The notes: generated by a model from the letters alone, not told the origin. Shown: positions 14,546-28,209, numbered from the stretch's first letter. The stretch: 64,000 nt of DNA from Spironucleus salmonicida (GCF_000497125.1 NC_090602.1:992001-1056000); one strand, 5' to 3'. Program-made: numbers and translations.

Positions 14546-15514
14546 TCATTTTATGTCATTCAACTCTGTGCTACTGTTAGGTTGGCTGCCTAATTGGCTC
14601 GCCTGCTCGAGGTCCTCTTCCTCTGCGAGCTGGCCACAGAATTCTTCAATGTAAACGTCAATCGCCTAATGAGGCAGAAAGCGATTTTAGAAGTTGCACT
14701 GGAAGTAGTAGAATGGCGAGTAGTAGAAGAAGTTGGACGCCGAGCAAGTGTAGAGATCAGTACGGACCGCTATGTGGTTACCCAGTTTGGTCAGGGCCCA
14801 TGACGTATGGTACTTCGACCCAAAGACCCCAAACTTATCCATCAGCTCTTTCTGAAGCACCTCTATGCGGCTCTAAATTTTTTTGAGCTCGTCTGATTTA
14901 TTCTCGTGAGATAGTTGATACATGGCCTAAATCTCTCGTTGCCTTATCTCCATCTCGGTGATCTTCTGCTTCAGCTTCCTATTATCGAGCATTGCGTTAA
15001 TTTCGTTGAACAGTGATGGGAGTATCGCACAGTGACGCCACTTGCCCTGTTTGTAAAAGTCATCGGACTGAATTAGCAGGTCGCAGCAGTACATAGTTTC
15101 CTTTGCTCTGAAACCCGTGTACTGCTCGAACAGGTAAATATTTCCTCCAGAATAGATCCTGTGAGGGTCCAGCGTATCTCCCACACCACCTAAAAATCTG
15201 TGAGGGTCCATGCGGCGGAAGATGCCCTTGTCGGTGTAGAATTTCTGGATAGAAGTATCAAGTAAGATGTACTGGAATATTTGCTTATAATCCCCGAAAA
15301 TGTAAGCGAGCACGAAGTCGGAATACGCGTAAGAATTCTAAGAAAGGATAAAGAGCTTTTTTGACTGCTTTAACCTGTCAATCGCCTGGTTAATTTTCTT
15401 TGGCTTCACCAGATACTCCTATGGGCTCGATCTGATCTTGTCTAGGAGCTCTGACCTGGCTCCGACAATCCGATTGAACGCCGATTCCACATCGCTCCAT
15501 AGAACACTCGGCAT
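14546..15514 (-). CDS. Cytosolic 5'-nucleotidase II (NT5C2/HAD)-like protein, C-terminal half only, degenerate motifs
   Basis: KKLFILSQNSY..IYSGGNIYLFEQYTG..KWRHCAILPSLFNEI..FGVFGSKY..RTDLYTCS aligns by eye with the cN-II family. The frame is open to 15598; first ATG at 15514. Confidence 0.7.
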
Positions 15515-15806
15515 AAACCCCTGGGCATCAGAGAGCTGCTGTTTTTCCTACTCGAACAGAGGATCACATACTGTCTAAAATTATCCGTAAAAACTTAATC
15601 AATAGATTTTAACCAATCAATAAACGATTATGAAATTAAAATCTTATTTATAATTCCTATTCTCCATTACTATCTTAATATTTAAACTCTGATTATGCAA
15701 TTAACCTATCTAGCTCTCCCATTTTTATTTTCCCCCTTCTACTATATTAATTTAATTATTATATATATTAAATATTTATTCTTTTCTTTTTTGAGTACCC
15801 TCCTAA

Positions 15807-16541
15807 ATGGACTGGGAGCTCGAACGCGCAGTTTCCACGATCAACGCGGATTTCATGAACGACAAGATCAAAGCCGGCGATCAGCAGTATCGTACCTTTG
15901 AGTACGACTCGCATCGCTGCGTCAACGTCTGCTTCCACTACCTCTACGACCGCTGCTACAAGGATGACGACTGCGACTTTGCGCACGAGATCGTACACTC
16001 GAAACTCCAGATATGCAAGTTTGACGAGAAATGCTCCGACTATTACTGCATTTTCCCGCACAAGGACGAGTAGTAGGCACAGCAGTGCGACGACTACACG
16101 CGCGGCGTCGAGTTCGGTGGTTGCAACTGCCGCAAGCGTGGTCCGCTCCTGAAGGCCTGTCCGCGCTACCTGGCAGGTTTCTGTCCAGACGGCCCGGACT
16201 GCCACCTGCAGCATCCTAGATGGGACTCGGCGATCAAGCGTACGCAGGTAAACTCGCAGGCGGTGGTACCCTGCGCGACGTGTGGGCGCTTCCACATCGC
16301 CGTCCCCATGGGTTCGCTGAACTGGAGCATTGAGCAGTGGAAGTATAACTCCTGCAATGTGCTGCAGCGCTGCATCAAGGGAAGGGCCGAGGGGAAGCCG
16401 CCGAATCCGACTTATTTCAAGTCATCGGACAACAACTTTGACCTTGCGATTAGCATGTTTAAGAAAATTCAGGTCAGTATAGAGAAGGACAGGGCAGCCG
16501 GCTTGATCAGGGACGACCAATACGTGAAGAAGGAGGATTGA
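15807..16541 (+). CDS. CPSF4: CPSF30/Yth1-like CCCH zinc-finger protein (244 aa)
   Basis: VCFHYLYDRCYKDDDCDFAHE, ICKF..CSDYYCIFPH and CPRYLAGFCPDGPDCHLQHP tandem CCCH fingers; the frame is joined across TAG TAG. Confidence 0.8.
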
Positions 16542-16846
16542 GCGTTTTAAATTTTATTCAATTTGGTCAAAACAAGTGTTATTTGAATTAAATATAATTT
16601 TGAAAGGGGTTTAATTTTTATTATTGTATGATGAAATGAAATGTTACTATTTAAAGTATATCTTATTATTATTTTTAGTTTAATAATTTAAACTTACTAT
16701 TAAATTAGTTGGTTAACACCAATAGCATAATCCATATTCGCTATAAATAGTAGTTAATACTTGTAGGATGCATATGTATTACAAAATTTTAGCCAAATAA
16801 TGACAATGAATCAATTAAGTCCAAATAAATGTTATCATTCTTGTTC

Positions 16847-18217
16847 TCATAATCCCAGTCCAGCTTCGTCAATACCTGCAATTTTTATATCACAAACTAC
16901 CTTGAAAACGTTAAACCAGCCATCAACTCCTCTAAATCCTAAATCTTTCAAATTCTCACTAAATTTAAGAAGCCTTTTTGAGTTTTTCCCTTAAACTGGT
17001 GAATTTTTAATCAATTTGTTGAATTTATCCGGATTTAGGTTAGAAGTTAAATCATTAATAAGATCCAATGCTTGACTGACTTACCATCTTTATGTTACTT
17101 CAATACTCATTAATTTGCTTATAACATCAGAAACTTACTTGAATAAGTGCTAATGTTAAATTGAACTCTCAATATCAAATTTACCCATTTTTACACAAAA
17201 TCTAATAACTAAAAATTTATAAACTAATTATTAAAGACTATATCTACACCGTGAGAATGCCTCTAACACCGATCTAACTTCTTCACCATCGTTAAGAATT
17301 TATAGATAATCACAAAACGCTTGTTAACCTGCAAAATCTAATTTTTTCTCAACTTATTATAAAAATTCTCCTCTAAGCACCTATCTATCGACCCAAAATT
17401 AAGTGGCTAATAATTGAGCTAAAGATATTTCTTCTTATTTATTTTCTTACTTAAAAAGTATAACTCCTGAAACAGCTTCCAAACACATGATTCCAATTGC
17501 GAATGAGTCATTATAGATACCATTTTTTCTATATAATTTAAAATAAGAAGAAAGATTTGAAGCAGAGAATGATTACTCCGGTGCTCTCCACCATAATGTA
17601 GCAATAGCACCAGAATGAGTTAAGGGTTAAAATGTAGTTTGTTATTATTAAATATCAACAACTTCTTCATAAGTTTCTTTCAAATATTATACCATACCAA
17701 AATCTATAAGCTTTAAATTCCAATACTTGTCTGTTAAAATATTTCCATGTTTCAAATCTCTATGAGCAAACCCAAGTTAATGCATATGATTTATTGGTGT
17801 CAATATCTTTTAAAATAAAAACAAAGCTTCAATTATACTATAATCATCTAATGCCTATGAGTATATTATTGTAGAAAAATCAGCTTCATAATTTGGTAAT
17901 ACTAACACTATGCAGTTTGTAAGTTCATTTTGCTTTTCATAAAATTCAATAAATTTAGATGGAATAACATCAATAAGAGGAATAAAAGGAGAAGTTTATG
18001 GCTAATATAAGAATGTAGCTTCTGCTAGAAATATTAATTCGCGTATATTTGGAGGGGAAACCAATCCTGACGTTGTTGAAGTTTCTTTCATAAATTTAAA
18101 TGCATATTTAATGGTCTTATCATCAGAATTATACCCTGAATAAACAGCTCCATACGATCCTTCTCCACGTTTCTCATTAGTAATTGTATATTTTTGATAT
18201 TTAGCAAGAGTTGTCAT
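16847..18217 (-). CDS. Ser/Thr protein kinase, CMGC/CDK-like (456 aa)
   Basis: GEGSYGAVY, AFKFM, IRELIFL, HRDLKHGNIL, DFG and TLWWRAPE all lie in one frame. Confidence 0.9.
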
Positions 18218-18293
18218 TAAAATATATATGACAAAAGTATATAATATGCATATAAGTCTTAATCAATAATGTTATCTATTTCTATGACGCATA

Positions 18294-19094
18294 TCATAAG
18301 GCACTTATACTAGCTTGTATTTCACCTTCTACGTGGCGTATACTAATTAGCTAGGTTTCAGATTCTTATAAAAGCATTATCTCAGAATCTGAAATAAATC
18401 CTAATATTCCTGAACCATCAATTTTATGTACACTGCGCCCAGGATGATTGATATCGAAAATATGAACAGTCCTCCGATCTGTGGAGATTGCGATGAAGTC
18501 ACCGAAAAAGTCAACAGATACCAGCTCAGCCGAAGATGACCCTCGTCGAAATACGCATATCTGTTTTACATTGTCTCCTTGAAACTCATAAACAGCCAGG
18601 GTCCTACACTCATCAGAAACAGTCACAAAGGTGTTATAGTTCATGTCAACATATTACGCAGCAGCAAGCTTGACCGGCGGATTAGCTGCAGACTGGTAAC
18701 AGTCCAGTGAGTATGGCGTGCAAATCAGAATCCGCTCATCCTGAAGGCAATGCGAGCCATTTGAGCACGAAATCAGTAGCTACTGGATCGCATGGTCGAA
18801 AACAATTACATTCACCGGTGTCGCAAAGCTTATATAAAACTCATTTACGATTATGTTAGTTATATCAAAGCGCAAGGTGAGCTCTTGGATCAGATCATTT
18901 TTGATGATATCATAAAAGTAGCACGTTTTCCCTAAGGAAAAGTATAACGTTTGTCGGAAAATTGTAGCTACCACTGGAGTGAATTCAAGGCTCAGCGTAA
19001 AGGCGCACCTGAACGGCCGGGTACTATGAACGTCAATTCGATTGTGTGATATTTTCGTAAATGACTCGTTTTCTGTTGAAAATTAGAATCTCAT
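18294..19094 (-). CDS. Atg18/WIPI (PROPPIN)-like beta-propeller (266 aa)
   Basis: VSDECRTLAVYEF..ICVFRRGSSSAELVSVDF..IAISTDRRTVHIFDI: FRRG phosphoinositide-binding motif followed by the TVHIF blade. Confidence 0.75.
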
Positions 19095-20398
19095 TTTAGT
19101 ATTTGCTTAAATCGTCTATTATATATAATCATTAAGAATAAATTGAAAATCATTTTGTGATTTATTGTATTCTACCTAGGCGTTGCTTGCAAGTGGGACA
19201 AAATTAAAAGGTTAAAAATAGTAAGTATGTTTACCAATCATGGAGATATCGTTTATAGCTTTGAAAAAATCTTGTGAATTATCTTTGGTTATCTTTCGGG
19301 ATATACATACAACTGAGATAATATAGTATTAGAAATGAATTTTCCAGTATGTCTACATGTTATTTCAGTCTACAACATGAAAAATGTAATTGTAGCATCA
19401 GGAGATACTAATAACTGCTTAACTTTATGAAACATTCTCATTCCCTCCCTTAACATCAGCAGCAATTCTACTTCTGGGAAAAGACTTTGATAAAACTGCA
19501 AGGATTGGATTTTGCTGCTGTTAGGTTCTAATACAGTCCCTTTTACTACAATTTAATGAATTTGAGCTAATGAGTCTATTTTTACAATACAGAGAGTTAG
19601 AAAAAACCAGTAAGAGCTAATACAAAAGAAGCAACTAACTTATTGTAAGCACTATCCCCGTATATTCTTTGTTGGGGCTCCTAATGACAATTTCACCTAT
19701 CTTCCTACTTTATGATTGCATGAAGATAAGGTTAGGATTAGGAATAGTTTGTGTTTTAGGTTTGAACATCATACTTGTTTTGATCAGTTTGAATTTAGCA
19801 TAATATTTACGGACTAAGAATTGGTTTGTAGAGAGTAAAGTATGAAAGGATAAATTTATTAATTACCAGTGAATTTAATTGTGATCATAAAGCATAATAC
19901 TATATTATAATAACTACTATTCTTGTATACTAATATTGAAAAAATATTAACGTTTTAATGTATTTTTCGATAACACAGTCTCTTAATACTTATCATCTCG
20001 TCTGTTTTTTAATAATTTTTATTTAATCTATCTTTCACAATAGACAATAGTATAATCTAATACTGCTAGAACCACTATAAATAAGTTGTGGAAATTAGTT
20101 TTTTTAACTAAACTATATTTACTAAATAAGATTTTATCTATCACTTTTCTATATATAGAATTCTTTATATAATTTGCATTGCTTTAAGTATTATTTTTAT
20201 CAACTAATTGTAAATCAGATGTATTATTGTAAAATATTTTCTATATAATTAGTATAAAAACTACCTAAAAACGTTTCCTTATGTTATTTTTATATTTATA
20301 TCTTATTATAATATCTTAATTGATGAATGTCTGATAATACATTCTGTTTTATATATTTATATAGATTTTATGTCTTAAATAATTCCCTCTTAACTTAA

Positions 20399-20629
20399 AT
20401 GATGTTTATTAAAAAATCTTCATCTGCCTATCTAATTCCCCCAAAATCACCAAGTAGTACAAAATTATTAACACTAGTACCATCAGCAACTATGAATAAA
20501 GTAGTTGGGAGATAAATAGACGAAAAACTAGAATCTCTTTATCAACTGAGCACGGATGAAGAATCTTGTTTACATGATGATAATACAAGGTTATTTCCTG
20601 GATTTAAGTTTATGAATACTCTTAAGTGA
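20399..20629 (+). CDS. Small hypothetical protein (76 aa)
   Basis: Open code-6 frame MMFIKKSSSAYLIPPKSP...NTLK; ends AAG TGA. Confidence 0.45.
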
Positions 20630-21578
20630 TTGAATTATTTATCAGCTCCTAGCATGTAGTTTAACTTTATATTTTTAGCCCTATTTGTAACTGATTCTGA
20701 TCTAATATATCAATAAAATTATATAAACTTACATATCTAAAATTATAATCTTATTTAGTTTGAAATTTATATATATAAATTTAAATTTAAATAATAAGTT
20801 TCCAATTGATATAGATAATTTATTTTAAATAACATAATATTATATACTTACTAATTAACATTGCTAAAATTGAAGAAAATACGTTAATTATACTCATCAT
20901 CTATACAAATAAAAAATACTATCTATAAATACTATGACCCTTATTATCAACTTAAATTGAGTAATATAGTAGCATAAACACTAACTACAGTTCTATACAG
21001 ATTTTTCTAAACTTTTATAAGGTAAATATTGCAATTAAAATATAAACATTAGTAGGAAAATTACTTTTCCTCATAATGCAATAAAAATATAGTGTTTTCT
21101 TAGCAAACATATAATTCGTTTATATAACCTCTTACACTTTATACGAAAAATATTCATTATCAAATAAAATTTAAATACGAATATTGCTTTAAATGTCTTT
21201 ATTTTGCATTAATTTTAGATTTACTAAATAATTTAAATGAATATTTACTGGGATAACCTCATAACAGTGCATCATTTGTAATTTTATATGATGCACACAC
21301 AATTACATGATCTTTTAGTTTACTAAATAGATTTATATTCAAATTAAATTTTGCAAGCAATGAATTTGTTTATGGTATTAATAAAAATATAGTTTCTTTA
21401 TTATTAAGATTCATAGAACCCCATTGTAAGAATAACATTATGTATAATCAATAATTAAATTCTGTAATCGAAAGCTTCTGTTAAATCTAAATTATCAATA
21501 TATTTCATTTATTTCACCAATCTGTATTTACTATATCACAAATCAAACCGAAAATATGCCAATATACATATCATAGCC

Positions 21579-22313
21579 TCACTTAACTCTCATACCAAAA
21601 CTCTTCTCTACGTAATAATTGATAATTTCCTGATTTTCTTTCTTTATTTCCTTTAACTTCTTGACGTCTTCAACATCAACATCTGAAATCTAAACATTCC
21701 AGTCCCCATCTTAAATTTTATCTTATTACTCTTCTTAAATTCCAATTTCATTTAGCCTTTTCATTCCTTCTTCACCTTTCCACATTATCACAATTTTAAT
21801 TTTGTTAATTTTTAATACGCCAAATTCGCTTTAAATTGCGTTGACCAAACTGGCAGCTTATTCACTTGCTGGGAAACTATTTATTTAAAAGCCGATTTCA
21901 TGAATTGCATTTTCTAGCATCTGGAATGGGATTTATTTTCCAGTTTAAATATGGGTACATCTTTGTTACGCTTATGATATCACTTCCTTGCGAATTCTTG
22001 AGCTTTCGTGCTTCCTTTCCTAATTAGAAAGGGATAGGCGGCCTTCTGTGATAATTTTATTGCAAATAGTTGTTTTATTGAGTGTTTAGAAGGAGGCTTG
22101 TAACGTAGCGTTTGTTGCCAGCTCGCCTTGCGCAACATTTGTGAAAACATCTTCTGTCTAAAGAACGTTTGAGAGGTCGGTTTCAGTACCATTTTTGTAT
22201 GCATTGATCTTGTTCTGATAGCATGCTAGCTCGAAATGATTGTCTTTAATGTCAATTTGAATCGTAATTACGTTGGTAAGCCACTTTTATGTTTGGGGCA
22301 GTATTCTTGTCAT
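21579..22313 (-). CDS. SBDS: SBDS/Sdo1 ribosome maturation factor (244 aa)
   Basis: LTNVITIQIDIKDNHFELACYQNKINAYKNGTETDLSNVLQTEDVFTNVAQGELA...ICNKIITEGRLSLSNQER matches the SBDS N-terminal domain. Confidence 0.9.
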
Positions 22314-22357
22314 TACGAATAAAAATAATATAAAATATATAATAGTAATGAAATTAT

Positions 22358-22672
22358 TCATTTGTAGAAATCGATAAATCTTATTTTGATTTCAGTGTCA
22401 GCTTCTGCTTTTACTGTTTTTGTTAAGCTAACAACATCATCATCGCTAGTTTTATCACAAATTTCCATGTCATTGACATAATAGCCTTCTAAGCCTTTTA
22501 AGCTAAAAATAATCTCTACGGTTTGAGCTACAGATGATTTAAAGATAAAATCACCAATACCACGCTCTGAACTGACTCTTATTTGAGAATTTTTGATGAG
22601 ACATTCACAGTTATTAAATGAAATTATTTCAAGCATTTTTAGAAGTGAATACATTATACTAGATGTCTACAT
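22358..22672 (-). CDS. Hypothetical protein (104 aa)
   Basis: Track ORF 22358..22654 extended to an in-frame ATG at 22672; ends in TGA. Confidence 0.6.
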
Positions 22673-23047
22673 AAAATAATATTTGTAATACAAATCACAT
22701 TAAAAAGATTGATAATATATAAATGATATACAGAATTAATAGTTTATTTATATCTATCTATATCTATACCTACTATTAAATCTCATTTATCAATATTAGC
22801 TACTTTGCAAATAACTATATATTGCAGTGAATATATTTTAAGATATAAACACAATAATCAGCATTGTTATAATACTTTAAACGTGTTATTTTGTATAGAT
22901 GATAAAGATTAATATAAAAAACTCGAGTTTATAATTAAATTTTTATTGAATAATTTAATCTTTTAAGTTTAGAGTATTTTATGGGAGTATAATTATAATT
23001 AAATTTATTTTATGGCATCTAAATGATAAAACAAATATAAACGAGAA

Positions 23048-24274
23048 TCACTTCCTAGCTCCTATGATTTATCTTTACTATTAATCAAGCTATTTTAGTA
23101 ACTTAGAGATTTAATCATTTTTCTTTCTAAGCTAAATGTTATTTTATTCTATTAATCTTATTGCGCTTTCATCTTTTTCTAATATTTCCTTTTACAATAA
23201 TGTGCATTAGGTCTGGTAGTAGTGCAACTAGTCAACGGAGGAATCATCAGATTATTTTTCATATTCCTATAATTTTTCTAAATAAATTTTATTCTAATAC
23301 TATAACTAGTATAAATTATTATTTTCAATATAAGTATTAAAATTAACTGATAGTAGTTAAACTTAAGTGGTTAGTGGGTTTTATGGCTTAAAAAAATTGA
23401 AAGTTTCCACTTCTCGAGAAAGCTACTCATACTTTTATTTTACATCATTTAATTCCTATTATATTATCAAGCTTTCTTGTTTATCCGTAACTTATGGCTA
23501 TTATAAAACTTAATAAGATTAGTTTTAAATTGATTCTTATACAATAGGTTATTAAAAACTTGTAGGAGTCTATAAAAACTTAAGATCATATGGTTCTTAC
23601 ATAACTATAGTACTTGTTGTACTAATAGTTCTTAATGACTTTTTAGATATTTTTTCTTATACTTTTTGCTCATTTTTAGATAGATTCACTTGGGGTATGT
23701 CGATAATAGGATTTTCTGGCACTATCACTTTAATAGTAGATCGTTAACTCTTTTATGGTAAAGGTTCAATTTAAATTAAGTCAGAGTCAGGTGTACTAGA
23801 AGTATCTGCTGATGTGTTATTTTACTATATTAGATCATGTTAAGGCTATATAGGAATGGATTCATTAAAAGTCTGCTTCTACATTTATAAAGAGTACGGA
23901 GATCTAATTGATATGTTGTAAACTGGTAAATTTTGTTGCGATAAATTTGTTTGAATCTATAAAAGGGGCTTCGATGATTATACAGGAATTTCTGTAAGGT
24001 TGGTAAGCTTTTACAAATCAGCAGATTTTTCTTCCTCTTGAGATTTAGATTTCTCTTTTTATGGCGAGTCTTTCCAAGCTCCCCATTCTTCATTATTAGT
24101 TTATTCCCATTCATCACCTCCAGTTCCCCATTCGTTATTCTATTAAGCAGTGTCTTATTATGTTGGCAATGTAATTTGCTCTTATTTACTCTCATTTGAA
24201 AGAGTAGGTTACATATTTTAGTCGTTTACTACTACTTATTTAGAAAAGTCTAAAAAATCATCAAAATCCATCAT
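23048..24274 (-). CDS. Low-complexity protein with acidic Trp motifs and a C-terminal coiled coil (~408 aa)
   Basis: MMDFDDFLDF...EWGTGGDEWEQTNNEEWGAW...; start and TGA in the same frame (interior only spot-checked); ends AAG TGA. Confidence 0.6.
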
Positions 24275-24809
24275 TTATAATAAATATGTTTCTCTGGAAA
24301 TTATAGAAATATTGATAGTAATTTATAACTACATACAGTTTCAATTTAATTATATATATATTTTAATATATAAATATATTCAATTAAAAATAGGATTTTT
24401 AAATCTTTAAACCATAAAAAGTAATATTAATAATTATATTTATAAAAGAAATAGGAAAATTTCTTAATTAATTAGCAACAAACTATTAATTACTATTATT
24501 CTGTATATTAATAAAATGTATTACTCCATTTATAAATTGTATATTTTGCTTAATTACATGCTAAAACAAATCTAGTAAATTAGTATTCGGCAATTGCTAG
24601 TAGTACTTTATTAAGAAACAAAAATACATTATAAAACTGATTTTATAATAAATCTCGACACTCTCAAATAACTATTTTAAACAATCTTAAATTCTAATTT
24701 TAGCATCACCACATTATCTAATTAAAACAAATTTCTATTAATAACATTTTAGGAACAAATATCCACAGCATTCTTAACTCTAAATATTCGATCTATTAAC
24801 TTCACATTC

Positions 24810-26540
24810 TCACTCTATCTACCTTAGGTACTTGACCACGTCCTCTAGCTGCACTCTCTGCTCAAACTTTTAGCTCAAATCAAAAATACACTAGTTAAGC
24901 TCTGGAAGGCTCTAATTGAAATGAATTTCCCGAAAAACACCAACTAGCGCGATAATCCATGCCACAATTTCAACACTGACCTCCGTAACTTCAGCAAAAG
25001 CGCTCTGAACGAGCATCCCGTACGCCCTGAAAATCTGTTGTTGCTGTGTCGATCCGCTGCTCACATCGCACTGAACAGTCGCAAGCGGGCTGAGCTCTGA
25101 GATGAGCGCCTATACACCAGCTAAATCTTCACTTTTCTCGTACAGAAACTGCTCATTTTTGAACTAATTCCCAATAATTTCCGCAGTTTTCCGTGTTCCC
25201 TTGGAAGTGAATTTTCCGTCCATTATTATTATATGCCCGCACATGCTTTCCAATATTTTTGCATTACCTAATTTCCAGTTCACTCCTTCTCTAAAAGAAC
25301 TGAAAAGCTGATTTGTAAGTGTAATTTACAGTATCTATTGCGCCAAAAAAATACTGTAAACGCTCGCGACGAGGCTGTCAGAAATGTGTTGTTCGGCCGA
25401 ATTTTTGAGCCGCTCCAGCAACGAATTCTGCACTAAATCACCGATCTGGGCCTTTTTCACGAACTGCTCATCGAACCCGAAAAGTGCATTCTTGACGAAT
25501 CCGGAAAGGTGCATTTTGAGCTGATATAACGACTCCATCTCCGCTTTTGAGGTGCCAATGTCGCAGTAGGGCTGCAGCGCCCGGAGTTGGAACGACTGCG
25601 CGCCGTCGAGCTGCGCGAGCGCGATCCGGAGCTGGTTTTCTACCTCGCAGTCGATCGATTACTGCGTGCTTTGCGCGATTAGAGAGGCTAGAGCGTCGAA
25701 AACGTCCTGGAAGTCGTCGTTCTCCACTAGCTCGATTTATAACTTTTCCAGGACCTTCTCGGCCAAAATTTCATCGATTTCGGCGTCCAAGCCTACGCAG
25801 ACATCATACACGTCGCTGTCGGCGTCCAGGTCCGCGATTTCCTCGCGCAGCATCTCAAGGACGCAGTTCTGCACCTCCAGAAGGCTACCGAACGCGCCTG
25901 CGCGCAGAGTCTTCACAAGCCAGTTTTTGACGAAATTTGCGCGCAGCTATGCGCGGAAAATAGACGGCGGAGCGTGCAGGTCGCTCCCATTAGCGATCTG
26001 GGCGAGAACTGCGAACTTCCTATGGCTCCGCACGCCCAGTCTACGCAAAATTTCTACGCTCTCCCAGTTTGCGTTTATATACGTTAAAATAACTGTCTAG
26101 TTCAGCGCCAGCTACGCGTGCAGCGTAGCGTCCGTGGCCGCCTGTTGGAAGGTCTGGAGTGCAACTTTCGCGGCACCGCAGACGTCCGTGAAGCTGGGAA
26201 AGTTCATGAAGGTGTCGCGCGATTTGCTGGCGCGCGACCTGATGATCTCCTGCACCAAAACGGCGCGCTTTGCGGCGAAGTTCTCGTTGAAAACTGCTAG
26301 TTTTCGCGAAAGATTTTAGTACGTCTTCTGCTGGAATTCTGCGTGGCTCGTGGCCTGCTGGAGCTGGTTTCGAAGCGTCTGGAGCGGTGCTGCAGAGCTC
26401 TGCAGGACGCTTTTGGTATTCTATATTTCGCGGGAAATTTGCTAATAGTAGTTCGAGTTTTCTGCAAGAATTTTTTCAGCCTTTTAGTGGATTTCAGCGA
26501 TCGAGGCAGAGCTGTAGAGCCCGTCAGTGATTTACTGCAT
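24810..26540 (-). CDS. Hypothetical helical protein (576 aa)
   Basis: ATG 26540, track fragment 25335..25538 and TGA 24810 are in one frame; N-terminal coiled-coil character. Confidence 0.7.
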
Positions 26541-26719
26541 TTTTGATAATATGTTGAGTAATACTGTTATTATACATAATAAATGTAACTGGGTGAGTAC
26601 TTGTCAGAATTGGATATATCTTATTATATTATTTTATAATTAAAATTACTGGCTGTTAATATTTTTATATTTTTGATTTGATAAAGTCAAATATTATATT
26701 AGCGTAAGTAAAACCTAGA

Positions 26720-27754
26720 ATGAAAGAAATAATTGACATTCTTTATAATCAGCCTGAAATTTCCCTATCTGACGGTTATTACTAGCTTAACTTCAAATAT
26801 TTTAAAGATATTCATAATATTGATCAGATTTATGTAAATTTTAAGGATGATATTTCGATAAAAATTATAAATGATTTAAATAGACTTTTTTAGTACACCG
26901 AGTATTTTCATACATCTGAAATAAAAGTTTAGATATTCCGACTGACATATTTGATAGTAAAAACATTAAATATCGAGTATTCCCAGTCATTTTAGGAAAT
27001 AATCGCAATGTCATTGTTGTTATAAAACTACTCTGAATTAAAAGCATACCTACTAGGAAAATAAATATTACTGGAAAATTCAGAGTTTTACGATAATTCG
27101 CCGTCTTTAGATCTATTCGCGTAATAGGTTTTAAGAATCATAAAATATGCATGTAGAGATGTTTATAATTTAATACTTAGTGTTGAACTTCCACCATCAA
27201 CTTTCATTTGTAGACTTATTCGCCCTCTATTCGCTAGAGAATTAGCATTTTACCAGTGCTTAAAACTGTTTAACTTCACTATCCTGAATTTTGTTTTGCT
27301 AAAATATATATGCGCTAGTTTTATTTTATATTGGTTCGATGGAAATGTCGTAAATGATGAAAGCTTAATTTTATTAACTTTACTTCGTAGTGATAGATAT
27401 TCGGCTAATAACTTCTCATCTGACGACATCATTACACGAACACTCTCTTTAGTAAATATTTTTAACAATGAAGCAAACATGGTATTCCAATAAAAAGATT
27501 TAAATAACAGAAATTATCAACTAGATATAAACTATTTCTACCATCGGAACCTGAATATATATAACAACACTATTACAGACGAAGCTCAAATCACCAAAAT
27601 TAAAACTAACCAATATATTCAACTCCTAGATCTTATAGAGTATTCTACTAGAATCAAAGACGCGGAAAACGTTAAAAAGGTGATTGACTTCGCCAAAACC
27701 TGGCTGGAAGCCCTCAATTTTAAAAAATTTGTTTACTACAACTAGCGGAAGTGA
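26720..27754 (+). CDS. TBC-domain Rab GTPase-activating protein (344 aa)
   Basis: IINDLNRLF (IxxDxxR), EYSQSFQEI (YxQ) and RLIRPLFARE TBC signatures. Confidence 0.75.
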
Positions 27755-27810
27755 AAATTTATTTTACGCTTACTATATGAATTTACGCTTTTTTCGCCCG
27801 CTCCAAAATC

Positions 27811-28158
27811 ATGCCCTGCGCAATTATACACTCAAACGTGAACATCGACCAGGCGAAGTCCGACCAGCTCACATCCGAAATTTCAAGAGTGATTGCGAAG
27901 TGTGCAGACAAGCCGGAGGCATACGTTATGGTTGGATACCAGCACGTCGTTTCGCTCGCGTTTGGCGGATCAAACTAGCCAGCTGCCTTTGTCGAACTCT
28001 CTTCTATCGGGGCCCTCGACCCTGACAAAAACAAGACGATGTCCCAACAGATTTCGCAAAAATTCGCAGAACTTCTTAGTATTGACGGTTCGCGCGTTTA
28101 CGTCACCTTCACTGAGGTGAAGCCCTCAAATTGGGGGTTCAACGGAACTACCTTCTGA
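27811..28158 (+). CDS. MIF: Macrophage migration inhibitory factor (115 aa)
   Basis: MPCAIIHSNV...KPEAYVMV...AFGGSNQPAAFVELSSIG...RVYVTF...NWGFNGTTF; catalytic N-terminal Pro retained. Confidence 0.95.
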
Positions 28159-28209
28159 TGATTTTATTCTTATTATTATATAATATATAGTTTATTATTT
28201 TTGGTATAA

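Noticed and set aside
15385-15571. GTATGT 5' splice-site-like sequence on the minus strand near the nucleotidase start
   Set aside because: There is no matching branch-point/acceptor, and the downstream region it would remove is homologous coding sequence.
19200-19850. Several 80-140-codon open frames on both strands
   Set aside because: No motif, no consistent frame and no clear gene-like start or end; no CDS can be supported.
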